Below, piece by piece: positions 1 to 12,348 of a DNA stretch of 48,209 nucleotides. The stretch lies in assembly GCA_048213135.1 (NCBI GenBank), contig PS015061.1, forward strand, positions 93,172 to 141,380, read 5' to 3'. Position 1 is the stretch's first letter. Each line of letters opens with the position of its first letter. Position numbers and translations under genes: made by a program. This stretch comes from Reclinomonas americana ATCC 50394 (Eukaryota). The notes beneath the pieces are model-generated. The model had not been told where the DNA came from, made no database searches, and saw only the letters and a program-made list of their open reading frames with translations.

Positions 1-323
1 TACTGCTTGTCGAACACGTTCTTGTCCTCCAGGAAGCTCATGTTCTCCACCCACACGTTGTTGAAGATCTCGCGCGGCACAATGTCCGACACCGTGCGAG
101 CCTGCGCACCAGCGTACAGCTCACGCACCGGCATGGGGATCACGTCCTCGCGCATCGGCACCGGCTGCTTGCGTTGATAGAAGAGCATGTAGGCGTTGTA
201 CTGCTTGGCGACCACACGCGGCACCTGCTTGCGCTGCACGGCATCGTACTGCATCGTGTGCTCAATGCCGCCAAAGGTGTAGGGACCAATCGACTGCACG
301 CACAAAAGCAAAAGGAATGATGT

Positions 324-360
<37 letters not shown>

Positions 361-3300
361 AAAGAACCACTCGTGCATCCATCATCACTCGCCTTCTCAT
401 CAAATCGGTCGACGTACGTGTCGTTGAACTGGTACCACTTGCGCTCACCCGAGCCGTCAAGCGCCTCACGCTCCTTGATGAACGAGTAGTAGTGACCCGA
501 GTCGGCAGTTCCCGTGTGCACCAGCACACCGACCAGCTCGTACTGGTAGTACGCCGGATCGCGTTTCAGAGCCGCCTGCAGGCCCTCGTCCTGCTGCTGC
601 TCCGCCGCTGCAGCAACAACAACAACAACAACAACAACACCAGTGAGATGGCCTGTTCCACCACCACCATACACTCTCTCTTCAAGCACGCAACTCAATC
701 CCTCGCGCTTCGCCAGACCCTCCTTGGTGTACGGCTCCATGTCGAGCTCCATCGGGAACTCAAAGTAGTCGTTGACCTTGATCTTCTTCATCTGATCCAG
801 GTCGAACTCGAAGCGCTTGAGGTGGAGAATGAGGTTGTTGGGCAGATCCTTGATGCACACGCGCTTGAGGGCGTCGATCTTGGTGTCGTACTTGTCACAC
901 TGGTATTTGTTGTCGCCATCCAGCGTCTCGCCACCGACAAACGCCTCCAGCGCCTCAGCCAGGTTCTTCTTGTTCTTCACCGGCAGGCACACCGTGAAGC
1001 ACGGCTCGTCACGCTCGCCCACATACGGGTACTCCGGCTCCTTGCTGATGATCTGGTTGACCTGCACACCACCAAAGAACTGGCGCAGCAGCTCCTTGTA
1101 GCCCGTGCGCTCCAGCGCGTTCTCCATCTTGTCGAACAGCGAGTTGAAGAACTCGTCCACATCCATCTGCTGCGCCGTGTTGACCGGCTGTCCGTCGTAG
1201 TCCTTGTACGACTTGCAGAACGGCAGCGTGTCGTAGTACTTCTTCTCGCTCTCCTGCAGCGAGCCGAACATGAGCTGCAACTGGTACAGCAGCGACTCGT
1301 TCTTCTCCTCCGGCGTCTCGTAGTCGTCGTCCGACATGGCCAGCAGCGAGAGGCGGAATTGCGGAATCATAAACAGCTGCTGCATGAGCGAGTTCATGTA
1401 GCACGTGCAGCCTTGGTTCTTGAGACCGACGTAGCCGCTCTCGCTCTTCTCCATAAACTCGGGCGAGTAGTGCCACTGACTGGTGCGCTTGTCACCTGTG
1501 TGTCGTCGACTGGTGAGCTGACGGACGCACGCAAGCACACTTGTGTTACTCGGTGACAAACCTCCCACTTGCTGCTCCATCAGCAAGTACGACAGCTCGG
1601 CAAAATTGCGCGGCGTGTCCTTGGTCAGCGTCTCCAGCAGGCGGAAGGCCGCGTGGCGGCTGGCACGGGTCTTGCACTTGGGTGCTGCGTACGCACCGTG
1701 GTCGTCGGCTGTCGGAATGGCAAACAGGCACTCGTTGAAAATGTACTTGATGACGCCGGCACTGTCACAGCAGCACGCACGTGAGTGAGTGAGTGAGGGC
1801 GGATGCCTCGACTGGCGTAGCAGACGCAACTGTACTTCCGAGCCGACCATCTCGCGCAGGTCGGGTGAGACATCGAGAAGCGCGCGCAGCACGTCCATCA
1901 GGCCAATCAGCGAGTGATCCACCAGCGCCGTGTTGAGTCGCGACTCAAACGTGGCGTGCGACAAAATCGTCTGCACCAGCTGCTCCACCAGCGCCGGAAT
2001 ATTGAACGACACGCGGTGATTGCCGCAGAACGTGCGCAACGAGAGCGCCAGCAAGTGGAAGTACTCGGCACATGTCGACACGTGCGAATTGACCGTGCTC
2101 AGCATCGACAGCAGCAGGTTCACCAGCTCCTGGTGCCACGGCGACGCTCCAACGGTCTCCAGGCTGCGCGCAAGGTGAAATGTGAGTATCTTCTCTTCTC
2201 GGCAGAGCGATCGTCGAGCACGCACCGGCCGTCAATGACCAGCAGCGTCATAAAGAGCGCGTCGGCCGTGAGGGCACGCAGCGACTTGCGCAGGGCCACC
2301 AACAAGGTGCGCGACACAAAACTATCCAGGTTTGGCTGTCGACGCATGGCAGGCGGTTAGGAGAGGGTTGAGTGGGAAGTGTTGTGCGCGCGATGCTCAC
2401 TCACCCCAAAGAAGAGCGCAAGGCGTTCCTCACTGCTGACGCTCAACGCGAGCAACAGGTCGCGAGCATGCGTTGACAGCACCACATCCTCGACATCCGT
2501 GCTCTGCACGACACACACACGAGTCAACAACAACATCATCATTATCATCATTACAGGTGTGCGACTCAACGTCAGACTGGCTGGCGGCATCCACCAAGAT
2601 GCGCAGCAGGCTGCCAATCAGCACATCGGCAGCCACACCGGCCGGGAACGTGTCGTTCAACACTGGAATCTCGTACTTGCGCTTCGGCACCTCGGGAGCG
2701 GCATCAATGGCAGCATCTGTGTGTGTCAAGCGAGAGGGGACGGTGAATAAGAAAACAAGAAGAGCAGGACGCCTGGAGTCGAGGAGGGAGAGACACACAC
2801 GAACCAGAAGGCAGCGGCACAGTGGGAGCGGCTGGTGCGGTGGGCTTGTTGGCCACAGTGGGCACATCGAGCATACCGGCCGACGAGTCATTCAAGTCTG
2901 TCGTGTAAAAGTCCGCATCATCCGCCGCCTTCTGCTCCGCACCCACCAAAAGTGAGTGAGCCACACAAGCATAAAAGCAACTTGGAAAATTGATGATTAC
3001 CTTTGGCTTCTCCTCCTCCGCAAACGGAGCGTACGGGTCGGCAATCTCCACCGTCTCGCGACCTGCAGGGCACGACATAAGTAAGTGTGAAGGATGAAGA
3101 AGGAGGGAGGCGTGAGGCGTTCTCAGCACGCAACTGACGGTAAAATAGTTGACGAGCTGCAGCAGGAGACCGAGGCACTCCTTGCGCTTGCTGCCCTTGC
3201 TGGCGTCGAAAAAGTTGACCTCCATCAGCGTGCCGAGCAGGTGCAGCAGACCGCCGCGAGTGAGGAAAGTGTGCTGCCAGCGCTCCGTCTCCTCGCGCTC

Positions 3301-6300
3301 CTCGGCCGTCGACGCCTCACCGTACACAATCGTCTGCACAATCTGCAGCGAGTACAGCAACCGGAACGGCGACGAGGCATCAAACAGGACCTTCCAGTCG
3401 ACCTCGGCGGCCGAGGCCAGACTGTTGATCGTGTTGTGCATGTTGGCATTGGTCGGCAGCTTCATCAGCAGGTCCCACACCATGTCGCCAATGCCGTGGT
3501 CGAGAGTGAGGCACGCAAACAGCTCGTTGAAAAAGGCGGCGTCGTTCGACAGGATGTTGTTGGGGAACTCGGCCTCGTCGCCCACCTCTTGCACGCGCGT
3601 GAGTCCAGTGGCCTCGGCGTGCTGCAAGGAGATGAGAACTGCAGCGGGAAAAGGGAGAGACAGAAAGAGTAAAGTGCGCGACACCTTTTGTGGCCGCTTG
3701 ACCAAGTACACCAGCGAGCCGTCCTCAAACTTGAGCTCATGCAGGCGCTGTCCGTCGTCCTTCAACTCCTTGCCGTTGTGGATCAGACGGATGAGGTAGA
3801 AGGGTTCGTTCAGGTGCTGTGCAATCTGCTTGCGCAGCGAGCCCAGCGTCGAGTTGGAGTTGGAGGCGACCGAGAACCGAGACTTGCCCTGCACCATTTG
3901 CACCGTGACCGAGAGCGGATAGCCCTTTGATCCGGCTCCGTGGCGGCTGATGGTGAAACCACTGCGGGCGGCCACTGTCGACTCGAACTCGTCCAGGAAC
4001 AACTACGAAGGCAAGTGTGAGACGCGTGCGTGCAATGAGAGAATGCGGCGAGGGCGCCGTACCTTCAACAGATCCAGTGCACGAATCACTTGCAGCCGAG
4101 CGGCTGCGTTCTGCGGGTTGGCACGCAGCTCGCTGTGCGCCTCCGTGAGCCGAATCATGCAGGTGCTGATAAACTCTTTCCTCTTGTCCACGGCCGCGTA
4201 CGCCAGCGCCGGAGACAACTGCGCAGCGAGGAAGGGGAAAAAGTTGAGTGGGCGGGAAGGAGAGCAAAAGGGGTGGTGGTGGAGGGGGCGCAACATTGAG
4301 GTAGAGCTTGACCAAAAAGTTGATGACCTTGATGCCGACGTCGGGTGACTCGACGACAAAGGCGATGCGCCACAGACGCTCGGTACCAATCAGCTCCGTC
4401 GACTTGACAATGTAGGTCTTGTCGTTCGGCTGGTCGTACCGGTTCTCCTTCCAGTTGACGTACTTGTAGTAGTACTCGAACATGTCGAAGCCGGACGAGG
4501 AGAGCTTGGTGAAGTCCATGGAGCCGATCTTCTCCAAAAACGCCCACTTGATCACGTCCACCGAGAAGGCCTGTTGTGCGATTCCAAAGTCAGATGAAAC
4601 CTCTTGAACACAATCACACCCTCTTGCGTCCCACGCACATTCTCCAGCTCGACTTGCGTGAACCACCGGTAGCCAATCTCACGCTCCTCGAGGGTGACGG
4701 CGTTGACAATGACGCTCGACCACAGTGACTCGACTTGGTCCTGAGAGAGCATGAGGCGCGAGTTGGTGATGAGGTAGTTGAGGGTGGCCAGACGCTCGTC
4801 CACTTGCGCCGAGTGCATGAAGAAGCGCGACGTGTACACGTGATCGAAGCGCGCACGGTCCTCCGGTGTGGCGGCCTCGTACACTTGCCGGGCGTGCACC
4901 TTGTAACGCGCCAAGTCCTCCAGCACCAGCTGCACCAGCGTGTACTGCTTGTCGAGGTCCTCAATCACGGGCCTTCGCGGCTCCACCAGCTCGCTGTCCT
5001 TCATGCTGAAGCCTGTGGTGGGAGGAGGAGGAGGAGGAGTGAGGGGACAAGAGAAGAATGGCACTTTGCAAAATGTACGCACCAATTAGCCGGAGCATGA
5101 CTTTGAGTGACTGCGGGACCGATTCACCGCGTCGCACGTTCTCCACGGCACGCTCAAAGATCTCGCCACGGTGCGGTCGCACGTGGTGCCACGCCAGCTG
5201 CTCCATGAGGAAGTACAGGGCGTGGTTGGCCAGGTCGTTGTCCACCGGTGAGTTGTCCTGCACCAGGCGCCAGAAAATGTCGACTCCGTACCAGCGATTG
5301 CGACGGAACTGGTGGGGGGATGGGTGAGTAAAAAACAGAGAGGGGAGAAAGATGCACGCTTCAACACCGACCTCTTGCGACGAGATGGCCGTGTGGCTCA
5401 CGTGGTGGAACATTTGCAGGGCGTAGTAGTCGTAAAAGTCGATGCTCAGCGTCTCCAGGTGATCAAACAAAAAGTCCACTTGCGACAACGGCAGGTTGAC
5501 ACACGTCTCGGCAATCACCGAGAAAATGGCGTGTCGTGATGCTTCGTGCGTGTTGTCCTGCGGAGTGAGGTGTGAGACAACAGGAATCAAAGCACTAAAG
5601 CAAGCGAACTCATGTACACACACATACGCACCTTTAGTCTGATCCAGATGCACTCGAGCAGCGAGTTGTCGAGAGCATCCTCGCGAGCCAGGAACTTGAG
5701 CACATCAGCGCAGCGCTTGATGAGCTCGACGTGACTCTTCAGGCCAAACAGCGTCTCGACCACACGTCGCTCACTCAACCACTGAGCAAAGTACCTGTAG
5801 CAGCACACACACGGGTGAGTCCCACAGCGCACAGAAGAGGGGACGCGGAATAAAAAGACGAAACTCATTGGTGAGCCACATGTCCGCCAGGTGCGGGTAG
5901 GCGGGACCGGCCGCAGCCGGATACTCGGCGCCCATGCCGCCATGGGCGTGCACCTGGCGCTGGTGCTCCTTGCGGTACAGCAGCATGATGATCTCCTTGA
6001 GATCCTTCAGGCCATCGAGACGCACCTGCGTGGAACGGAGAACGCCATCAGTACTCCCCAGCACGACGACACACTCGGCGAGCGCGACACATACCTCCAG
6101 TGACACGTCGTTGACAAACCACTTGTAGGCCATGTCCAGACGGAATTTCTCCAGCGTCTCGTTGGGTGTGCCAAACGTGGCAGTCGCCGACGAGAGATCC
6201 TCAAGCATGTGAATTAGTTCGGCCACCAGCTTGCGATCCTCGTTCTTCATGCGCTCGTCCGACAAGCCAACGCAGTGCGTGACCGACGTCGTCATCGCCT

Positions 6301-7524
6301 GCGCCGTGTACTGCTCGAGTCGCCGGCGCACAATGTAGTCCTTGACTCTGCAAAACGGTCGCAAGCACATCTTCAGCGTGGTGAAGGTGACCGGTCGCGC
6401 CTCCTCCGCCTCGCGCATCCGGTTCAGCAGCATGTCGAAGCCACCGATGCGGCCCCAGTAGTTGATGTTCTCGACATACAGCGGGCTAATGTCCCAGTCG
6501 GTGGACTGCAACAAAGCATTGCGAGTGAGACAATGCGGGTGGAGAGAGAAAGAAAGAAACGAGCAATCACACTCACCGGTCGTCGTGCATACACATCATC
6601 GTCGGCCTCGTCGGTGGCATCCTCCGGGCTCTGCGTGGACACCAGTCACTACTGTCAGGAACCAAGGCGCGTGTCTCCCGCACAACATCCACGACATGTC
6701 GACACACACACACCCCGCGCCGCCCCCTTTTCCCGACAACCATAAAAAGACACTCTCCCACCAACACCCCTCCGTGCTGCACATCAACAGTAACAAGCCC
6801 TGCTATCTCTTGTGCTTATGCTTGTGTGCGTGTACCTCCACAAAGTAATCGCCACCGGCGTTGGTGCCGGCCTTGTGAATGAGGGAGAATTGACGCGGCG
6901 CAAAGATCTTGTTGAGCACATCGAGCAGCATATCCTCAGTGGTGACCGCCGGGTACACGCGCACAACAAAGTCCATCACTCGCTGGTAGAACAGCGTGAT
7001 GCGATTGCCGCCCTCCTCCGAGTGAATGCTGCAAAGCGCGCGCATGTGTGTGAGCTCCGATGGACAACTACTTACACACACATGGAACACGCGCGTGCAA
7101 ATACGCACCCGCGTTTTGACTGTTCCAGCACGAGGCGGTTGAGTGCGGTCTTGAGGAAGAAGGTGCACGTCTCGTCGGGACCGAGCTCGGCGGGTGAACG
7201 CGCGTACACGTCCATCCACTGCTCAATGCGCGCCAGCAAGTGTGTCGAGTCCAGCTCTGCACACACGCGCAAGACAAACAACATGAGCGCACACAGCTCT
7301 CTTCCGTGCGCAGTGCGCGTGTGTGTGGCAGACAACAAGTGCAAGTGTGTGTGTGTGTGTGTGTGTGCGACATCTCCGTGTTACATACCCGTGCGAATCG
7401 AGTCTTCCATGTCCTTGACCTCCAAGCGGAAATCACGCAAGTCAAACGGTGGCGGCAGGAACTCGTCCTCCTCCTCCAGCAGGTCTCCGCCGCTTTCCAG
7501 ACTGTCAGATGAGTCGTCGGCCAT
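1..7524 (-). CDS. Large ubiquitin carboxyl-terminal hydrolase (peptidase C19, USP9X/USP24/USP34-like), multi-exon, 3' end outside window
   Basis: Cys box GYVGLKNQGCTCYMNSLMQQLFMIPQFR (~1440-1355). His box LVGVLVHTGTADSGHYYSFIK and WYQFND (~540-420). Ubiquitin-like domain upstream (IRLIHNGKELKDD, ~3900-3700). ATG at 7524 (MADDSSDSLE). About 17 frame-preserving introns traced by hand. Confidence 0.93.
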
Positions 7525-7703
7525 TTCCGTCTCTCACACTCGCACTCTTTCTTTCTCCCCTTCCTTGCAGAAGCGATGATAACCCCACAGAGACAGACAC
7601 ACACACACGCGCGCGAGAATGCAGACAGTGCGCGCTCCCTCCCACAAATGTAAGTAACAAAATCTTGCTCGCGACTATTTTTGTCTTTTTTGTAAGCGTG
7701 AAT

Positions 7704-8667
7704 TCATTGCCGGTAAACTTGTTGCTGATAGTGTTGCGCCTGCTGGTGGTGGTGGGGTGGCGGATAGTGCCCGGGGTATTGCTGCTGGTGGACGAGATAT
7801 TGCTCCTGCGCATGCAAAAGCCGTCAATTTTTGTGCCGGAAATCAAACATGCAAGAAGTAAGACACGCGTACCGCTTCCGGCACCCTTGGATGCTGCTGA
7901 TGTGACTGTTGCTGCTGTTGCTGTTGGTGATAGGAGTGAGGAGGGGCCAGCGGTGGGGGCTGCTGCTGCTGCCGGCTTTGTGATTGAGAAGGAGGTGATC
8001 GATCGCGAGGAGGCGATGCACGTGCAGGTGCCTGCTGCTGCTGTTGTTGTTGCTGCTGGCGATAGTATTGTGCTGCAGAGGCGGAGGAGGCGTCGAGATC
8101 GGTGCCGGTGGCCGACGAGGCGTTGATGGTGAATGTGTGGGTGAGTTGTCCGCCCGTGCCGGTGCGATCGCGATCGAGCGACTTGAGCAACTTGCGGCCC
8201 TCGGTCATGGTGAGGTTGAAGTTCTCCAGATTGTGAATGATCTCCTGCGCACACACACGCACAGCAGCGAGTGAGCGAGAGCGTATGTGTGAGTGGGGAG
8301 GGGTTTTCGCCGTGGTTTCGCGCCCGAGCAAAAACGAAACCTTCATCGTGTCCTTCTTCTTCTTTCGCAGCGCGCGCAGGTACTCGTACGGTGCACGAAA
8401 CACCTCGCCGTACTTGGCTGCACACTGTGCGCGCACGACGCACAAGAGAGAGACAGAGAGAGAGACAGAGCGAAGGAGAGATTGAGAACACTATTCTCGA
8501 AACGCACACACGCACGCACGCTTCACGCGCACACCGACCTCTTCGCACGTCTTAATGTCGCGATTGATCTCCTGCAGCTCCAGCTCCAGCACCGAAAAGT
8601 GCCCCTCCAGACTGCTCAGCACCGCCACCACGTCAGATCGAGCGCCGCTGCTGCCCGATGCGTCCAT
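7704..8667 (-). CDS. Hypothetical protein, N-terminal predicted coiled coil plus Q/H/P/Y-rich low-complexity tail (4 exons)
   Basis: Exons 8667-8539, 8424-8341, 8244-7873, 7805-7704 join in frame through GT-AG introns: MDASGSSGARSDVVAVLSSLEGHFSVLELELQEINRDIKTCEE/CAAKYGEVFRAPYEYLRALRKKKKDTMK/EIIHNLENF...QQQQ.../EQYLVHQQQYPGHYPPPHHHQQAQHYQQQVYRQ*. Confidence 0.7.
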
Positions 8668-8832
8668 TCCTCAGAGAGACAAGGGGACAAGGTAGACACA
8701 GTCTCTGTGTGTATTGAAGACAGGAAGGCGGTGAAGGCAACGGGAGAGTGAGGGAATCCACCGTCCATTGTATCAGCTGTGTTGAGACCGGCAATCGGAA
8801 TTCTCACATAATCCCACCACCCCACAAGAGAG

Positions 8833-11825
8833 ATGGTGAGTCGTCGCGTCGCTGTGCATGCGTGTGTTGCACATGTGCTGTGTGTGGGCGTGTGTGAGAG
8901 AGCGTGTGGCAGAGTGAGAGAGGCTGTTTTTGTGAGGGTGCATGGCCGTCATGGCATGTGCGACAGAGAGCGGCATGTCGTCCCCGTGTCGCGCAGTGAG
9001 AGCACGTGGTGCACGCGCACACGGGCGCACAGTGAGGCAGAGGAGAACAGAAGCAGACTCGCGCTCAACTTGTTCACACATTTTTCATGGCACTTTCGAG
9101 ACAGCCAGTGTTTGTGTGTGTCAGAGCACGTTTGTTTGCTAGCTAGCATCGTGTCAGACGCCACTCAGTCACGCAACGAGGGGGTGTGGTGTTGGGGCTG
9201 GTGGGGTGCGACATGGCGGTGCGCATGTGCACATGTGCTGACTCTTCTTGTTCTTCTTGTGCAGCCGCGCGCTCCCACCCGCGAGAAGAGCCACAAGTCG
9301 AAGCCGTACGCCAAGCCCGGCAAGGCCAGCGAGCCCGACCCGCTGCACTTGGCTCGCCCCAAGAACATGTCTGTGGGCGCGTCTGTGCGCAAGGTCAAGG
9401 ACTTGACCCGCTTTGTGCGCTGGCCCAAGTACGTGCGCCTGCAGCGCCAGCGCAGCATCCTGAACCGCCGCCTGAAGGTGCCCCCCTCCTACCCTTGTGC
9501 TTCAGAGCGAGAGAGAGGGCAACTCGCTGAATCATTGTTGTGTTGCGAAAAAAATAGGTGCCACCAGCGATCAACCACTTCACCTTCACGCTGAACAAGA
9601 ACGCGGCCACCAACCTGTTCAAGCTGCTGCTGAAGTACCGCCCGGAGACCCGCTCTGAGAAGCGCTCTCGTCTGCGTGAGCAGGCTGCCAACGAGCAGCA
9701 GCAGGCGTCCACCAAGCCGCACTTTGTCAAGTACGGCCTGAACCACATTGTGTCGCTCGTCGAGAGCAAGGAGGCCAAGCTCGTCATCATTGCGCACGAC
9801 GTCGACCCGATTGAGGTGCGTACTCACACCACACCCACACGCACCCTGTGCCGACTGATGCTCGTCCACGTTTCCCTTTCTTTTTTCTCCCCTCCACTTC
9901 CATTTTCAGGGAGGTGCACCGCCGGACGGTGCTCGGGGACCGTTTCATCACAAGATGTGAGAGCTGCAGTGTGTGCGCCGCGAGGCGTGCACGTGCGCAT
10001 ACACACTTGGGAAGGGGCGTGGAGAGGTTTGCCGTCATGCATGCGTGACGGCGCCTCTGGTTAGGGCGTTTTTTATGCGTAGACCACCATGCGCACAGTG
10101 GGCGGGATTTGTGCCATGTTGGCCTCTCTGCACACACTTGTGTGGGAGACGGTCTGACGGCATCCCGCCCACACACGATGGTGTAGCCGCCCCATGACCC
10201 ACCCCGGAGAGATGTGGGCCAGAGTGTGTGTGTTGCTGTTGTTTGTGGTCGTGGTGGTGGTGGTTGGCGCTTTGTCGCCCTCTCTCCCCCTCGCACACAC
10301 ACACACACACACGCTCTGCGACTAGGGCCTGCACGTGTTTTGTGGCCGTGCATGGAAAGAAGAGAAGGTGGAGGCGGCATGCCCACTTGATTTCTCTCCC
10401 AATGACCCCATCTCTCCCTCCTGTCCACCCACACACGAGGAGACTTGATTGATTGAGAGAACGAGAGATTTGAGGAGGCGGTTGCTGTCAGTGACGTGCT
10501 AGGGGGTGTCACGTGAGCATCCATCATCATCACATGATGGTGGCTCCGCTTCTCGTGGCACTTGTTCCCAGTGATGCACCGAGACGCAATCTGCTTGGAC
10601 GCCCGTGTTATCCCTCTTTTCTCTTCTCTTCTCTCCTCTCCTCTCCCGTCTCGTACGCGTGGCGCTAAACCCGAATCCATCCGCAACTCCAGCTGGTCGT
10701 CTTCCTGCCGGTGCTGTGCCGCCGAATGGGTGTGCCGTACTGCATTGTCAAGGGCAAGGCTCGCCTCGGCCAGGTCGTCCACAAGAAGACTGCCACGGCC
10801 CTGGCCATCACCTCTGTCCGTGATGAGGTGAGTCATTGGGGGAAGGAGGGATAGGGGGGAAGGGGATTGGGGAAAAGGGTGGGCACTGCATGTTGTCTTT
10901 GTATGTCTTGTATTATGTCTCCTTATTTCAGAACCGTGTTGGTGTGTTATCTTTTCCTCTCTCTCTGACTCTTGCCTTCTGGCGCGATGTCCTCGTTTCG
11001 CAAAAATATTTTGACTTGGGCGATTGGTGGCGCCTGTGGACTAGTGTATTGTATCTCCGTCTTCAGAACCGTGTTGGTTTGTGATCTGTATCTCTCTCTC
11101 TCTCTCTCTCTCTTTCCTTCTGGCGCGATGTCCTCGTATCGCAAATGTGTTGACTTGGGCGAGTGGTGGTGACTGTGGACTTGTGTGCATTATGTCTCCG
11201 TCTTTCAGAACTGTGTTGGGTTGCTGTCTGTTTCTCTGTCTCTCGCCTTCTGGCGTTCTGTCCCCCTGTCGCAGAATGTGTTGACTTGTTTCTGCGTGTT
11301 CTCTGTTTCTCTCTTTCTTCGCTCCCTTCTGGCATGTTGTCTCTATGGTGCTGGTAGTCGCAGCGGATTCTTTCCATCTTTCTGACATGCATGTTGCCTT
11401 CTGTGGAGAGCATGTCGTCGTGTTCTCTGCCTCGTGACTCAAATGCTTTGCTCTTTGTGTGCTGATATGTCTCGTGCTCTCTTCCATGTTGGCTTCAAAC
11501 GCTGCACTTTGTCAAGCTCTCTTGATTGCTCTGCAGTGTGCTGGAACCTCTCTCTTCTGTCTCGTGTTCTCTTTGGTTGAATGCTCTTTGTTTCTTTCTC
11601 CCTTCTTTGCTACGCCTTCTTCCCTTTACCCGTTGCTCACCCTGTCGTTGGTGTTCACAGGACGTGGGTGCTCTGTCTCGCGTGCTCGAGTCGGTCGACG
11701 GTGCCATCCCGAAGGACTCGCACGCTCTGAACGCGTGGGGCGGTGGCGTGATGGGCGCCAAGTCGCAGGCCCGCCAGGCCGCCAAGGAGCGCGCCGTCCA
11801 GCGCGAGCAGCAGAAGCGCATGTAA
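8833..11825 (+). CDS. RPL7A: 60S ribosomal protein L7a (eL8), 5 exons
   Basis: Exons 8833-8835 (ATG only), 9265-9477, 9558-9815, 10693-10827, 11661-11825. Motifs [92 protein letters not shown]. Confidence 0.97.
9968..10199 (+). ncRNA. Putative structured intronic RNA element (three adjacent hairpins) in RPL7A intron 3
   Basis: Pairings read by eye: AGTGTGT/ACACACT (9968-10007); GCCGTCA/TGACGGC with AGAGG/CCTCT (10023-10058); long stem 10059-10199 including perfect GTGGGCGGGAT/ATCCCGCCCAC. No family assigned. Confidence 0.5.
10911..11287. repeat. Degenerate tandem repeat, ~138-bp unit, ~2.7 copies, RPL7A intron 4
   Basis: Blocks TTCAGAAC(C/T)GTGTTGG, CCTTCTGGCG and TTGACTT recur three times at ~140-bp spacing. 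Confidence 0.85.
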
Positions 11826-12348
11826 AAACCGCGCTCTCAAGTGGCTATTCTTCATCATCGTCGCTGTCGCTGTCGTCGTCGTCACCGTCACCTGTGTTTT
11901 ATCGGGGGGACAGGCACCGCCGGCGTTGGCGGTGGTGGTGGTGGTCGGTGGTGGTCCACAATGAAATCTCTTGGTTGGTGTGCAGCACATTATCCAAGAC
12001 CGGCTCGGGAAGGGAGAAGAGTGTGAACAAGATATCGAAAGCAACATAGATTGATCGGCTCTTCACATCATCCGAACACTGGGCGATGGCCCGCACGCTG
12101 TCGAAAAATACCAATAGATGAGGCGCACAGCTGTAGCAGAGCCGCGACACTCACTCATCGTCTCGATCATGAGTGCGAGACTCTGCTCACACGAACAAAT
12201 ATTCCCTCTCTCATTAACGACGCCAGGCTCACATCGACGTACCACCCCCACCAATGCACTGACATGCGAAGCGTGGAGAAAGCAAGTAAGCAAGCAGAGG
12301 CAGTGCATTCTCACAAATATGATTGAGATTTGAGGGTCAAATCATCCC

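Noticed and set aside
492-1556. 354-aa plus-strand ORF and similar long antisense ORFs (e.g. 15556-17109, 17267-18403)
   Set aside because: Shadows of GC-rich coding exons or of low-complexity purine/pyrimidine tracts; no protein motifs.
9075-9166. Hairpin-AGAGCA-hairpin in RPL7A intron 1 as an H/ACA snoRNA
   Set aside because: An H-box-like hexamer is present, but there is no ACA after the second hairpin and the stems are weak and low-complexity.
9478-9566. RPL7A intron 2 start (GTGCCCCCC) mimics the next exon start (GTGCCACCA), hinting at intron gain by duplication
   Set aside because: Similarity is too short to distinguish from chance.
10059-10066. GGTTAGGG (CCCTAACC on minus) as a telomerase RNA template
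   Set aside because: Only 8 nt, and it lies within a predicted helix whose G-U pairs favour the + strand. No pseudoknot identified.
10440-10600. C/D snoRNA (U24/U36-like) in RPL7A intron 3
   Set aside because: Only imperfect C boxes (ATGATGG, GTGATGC), no well-placed CTGA and no recognisable rRNA antisense element.
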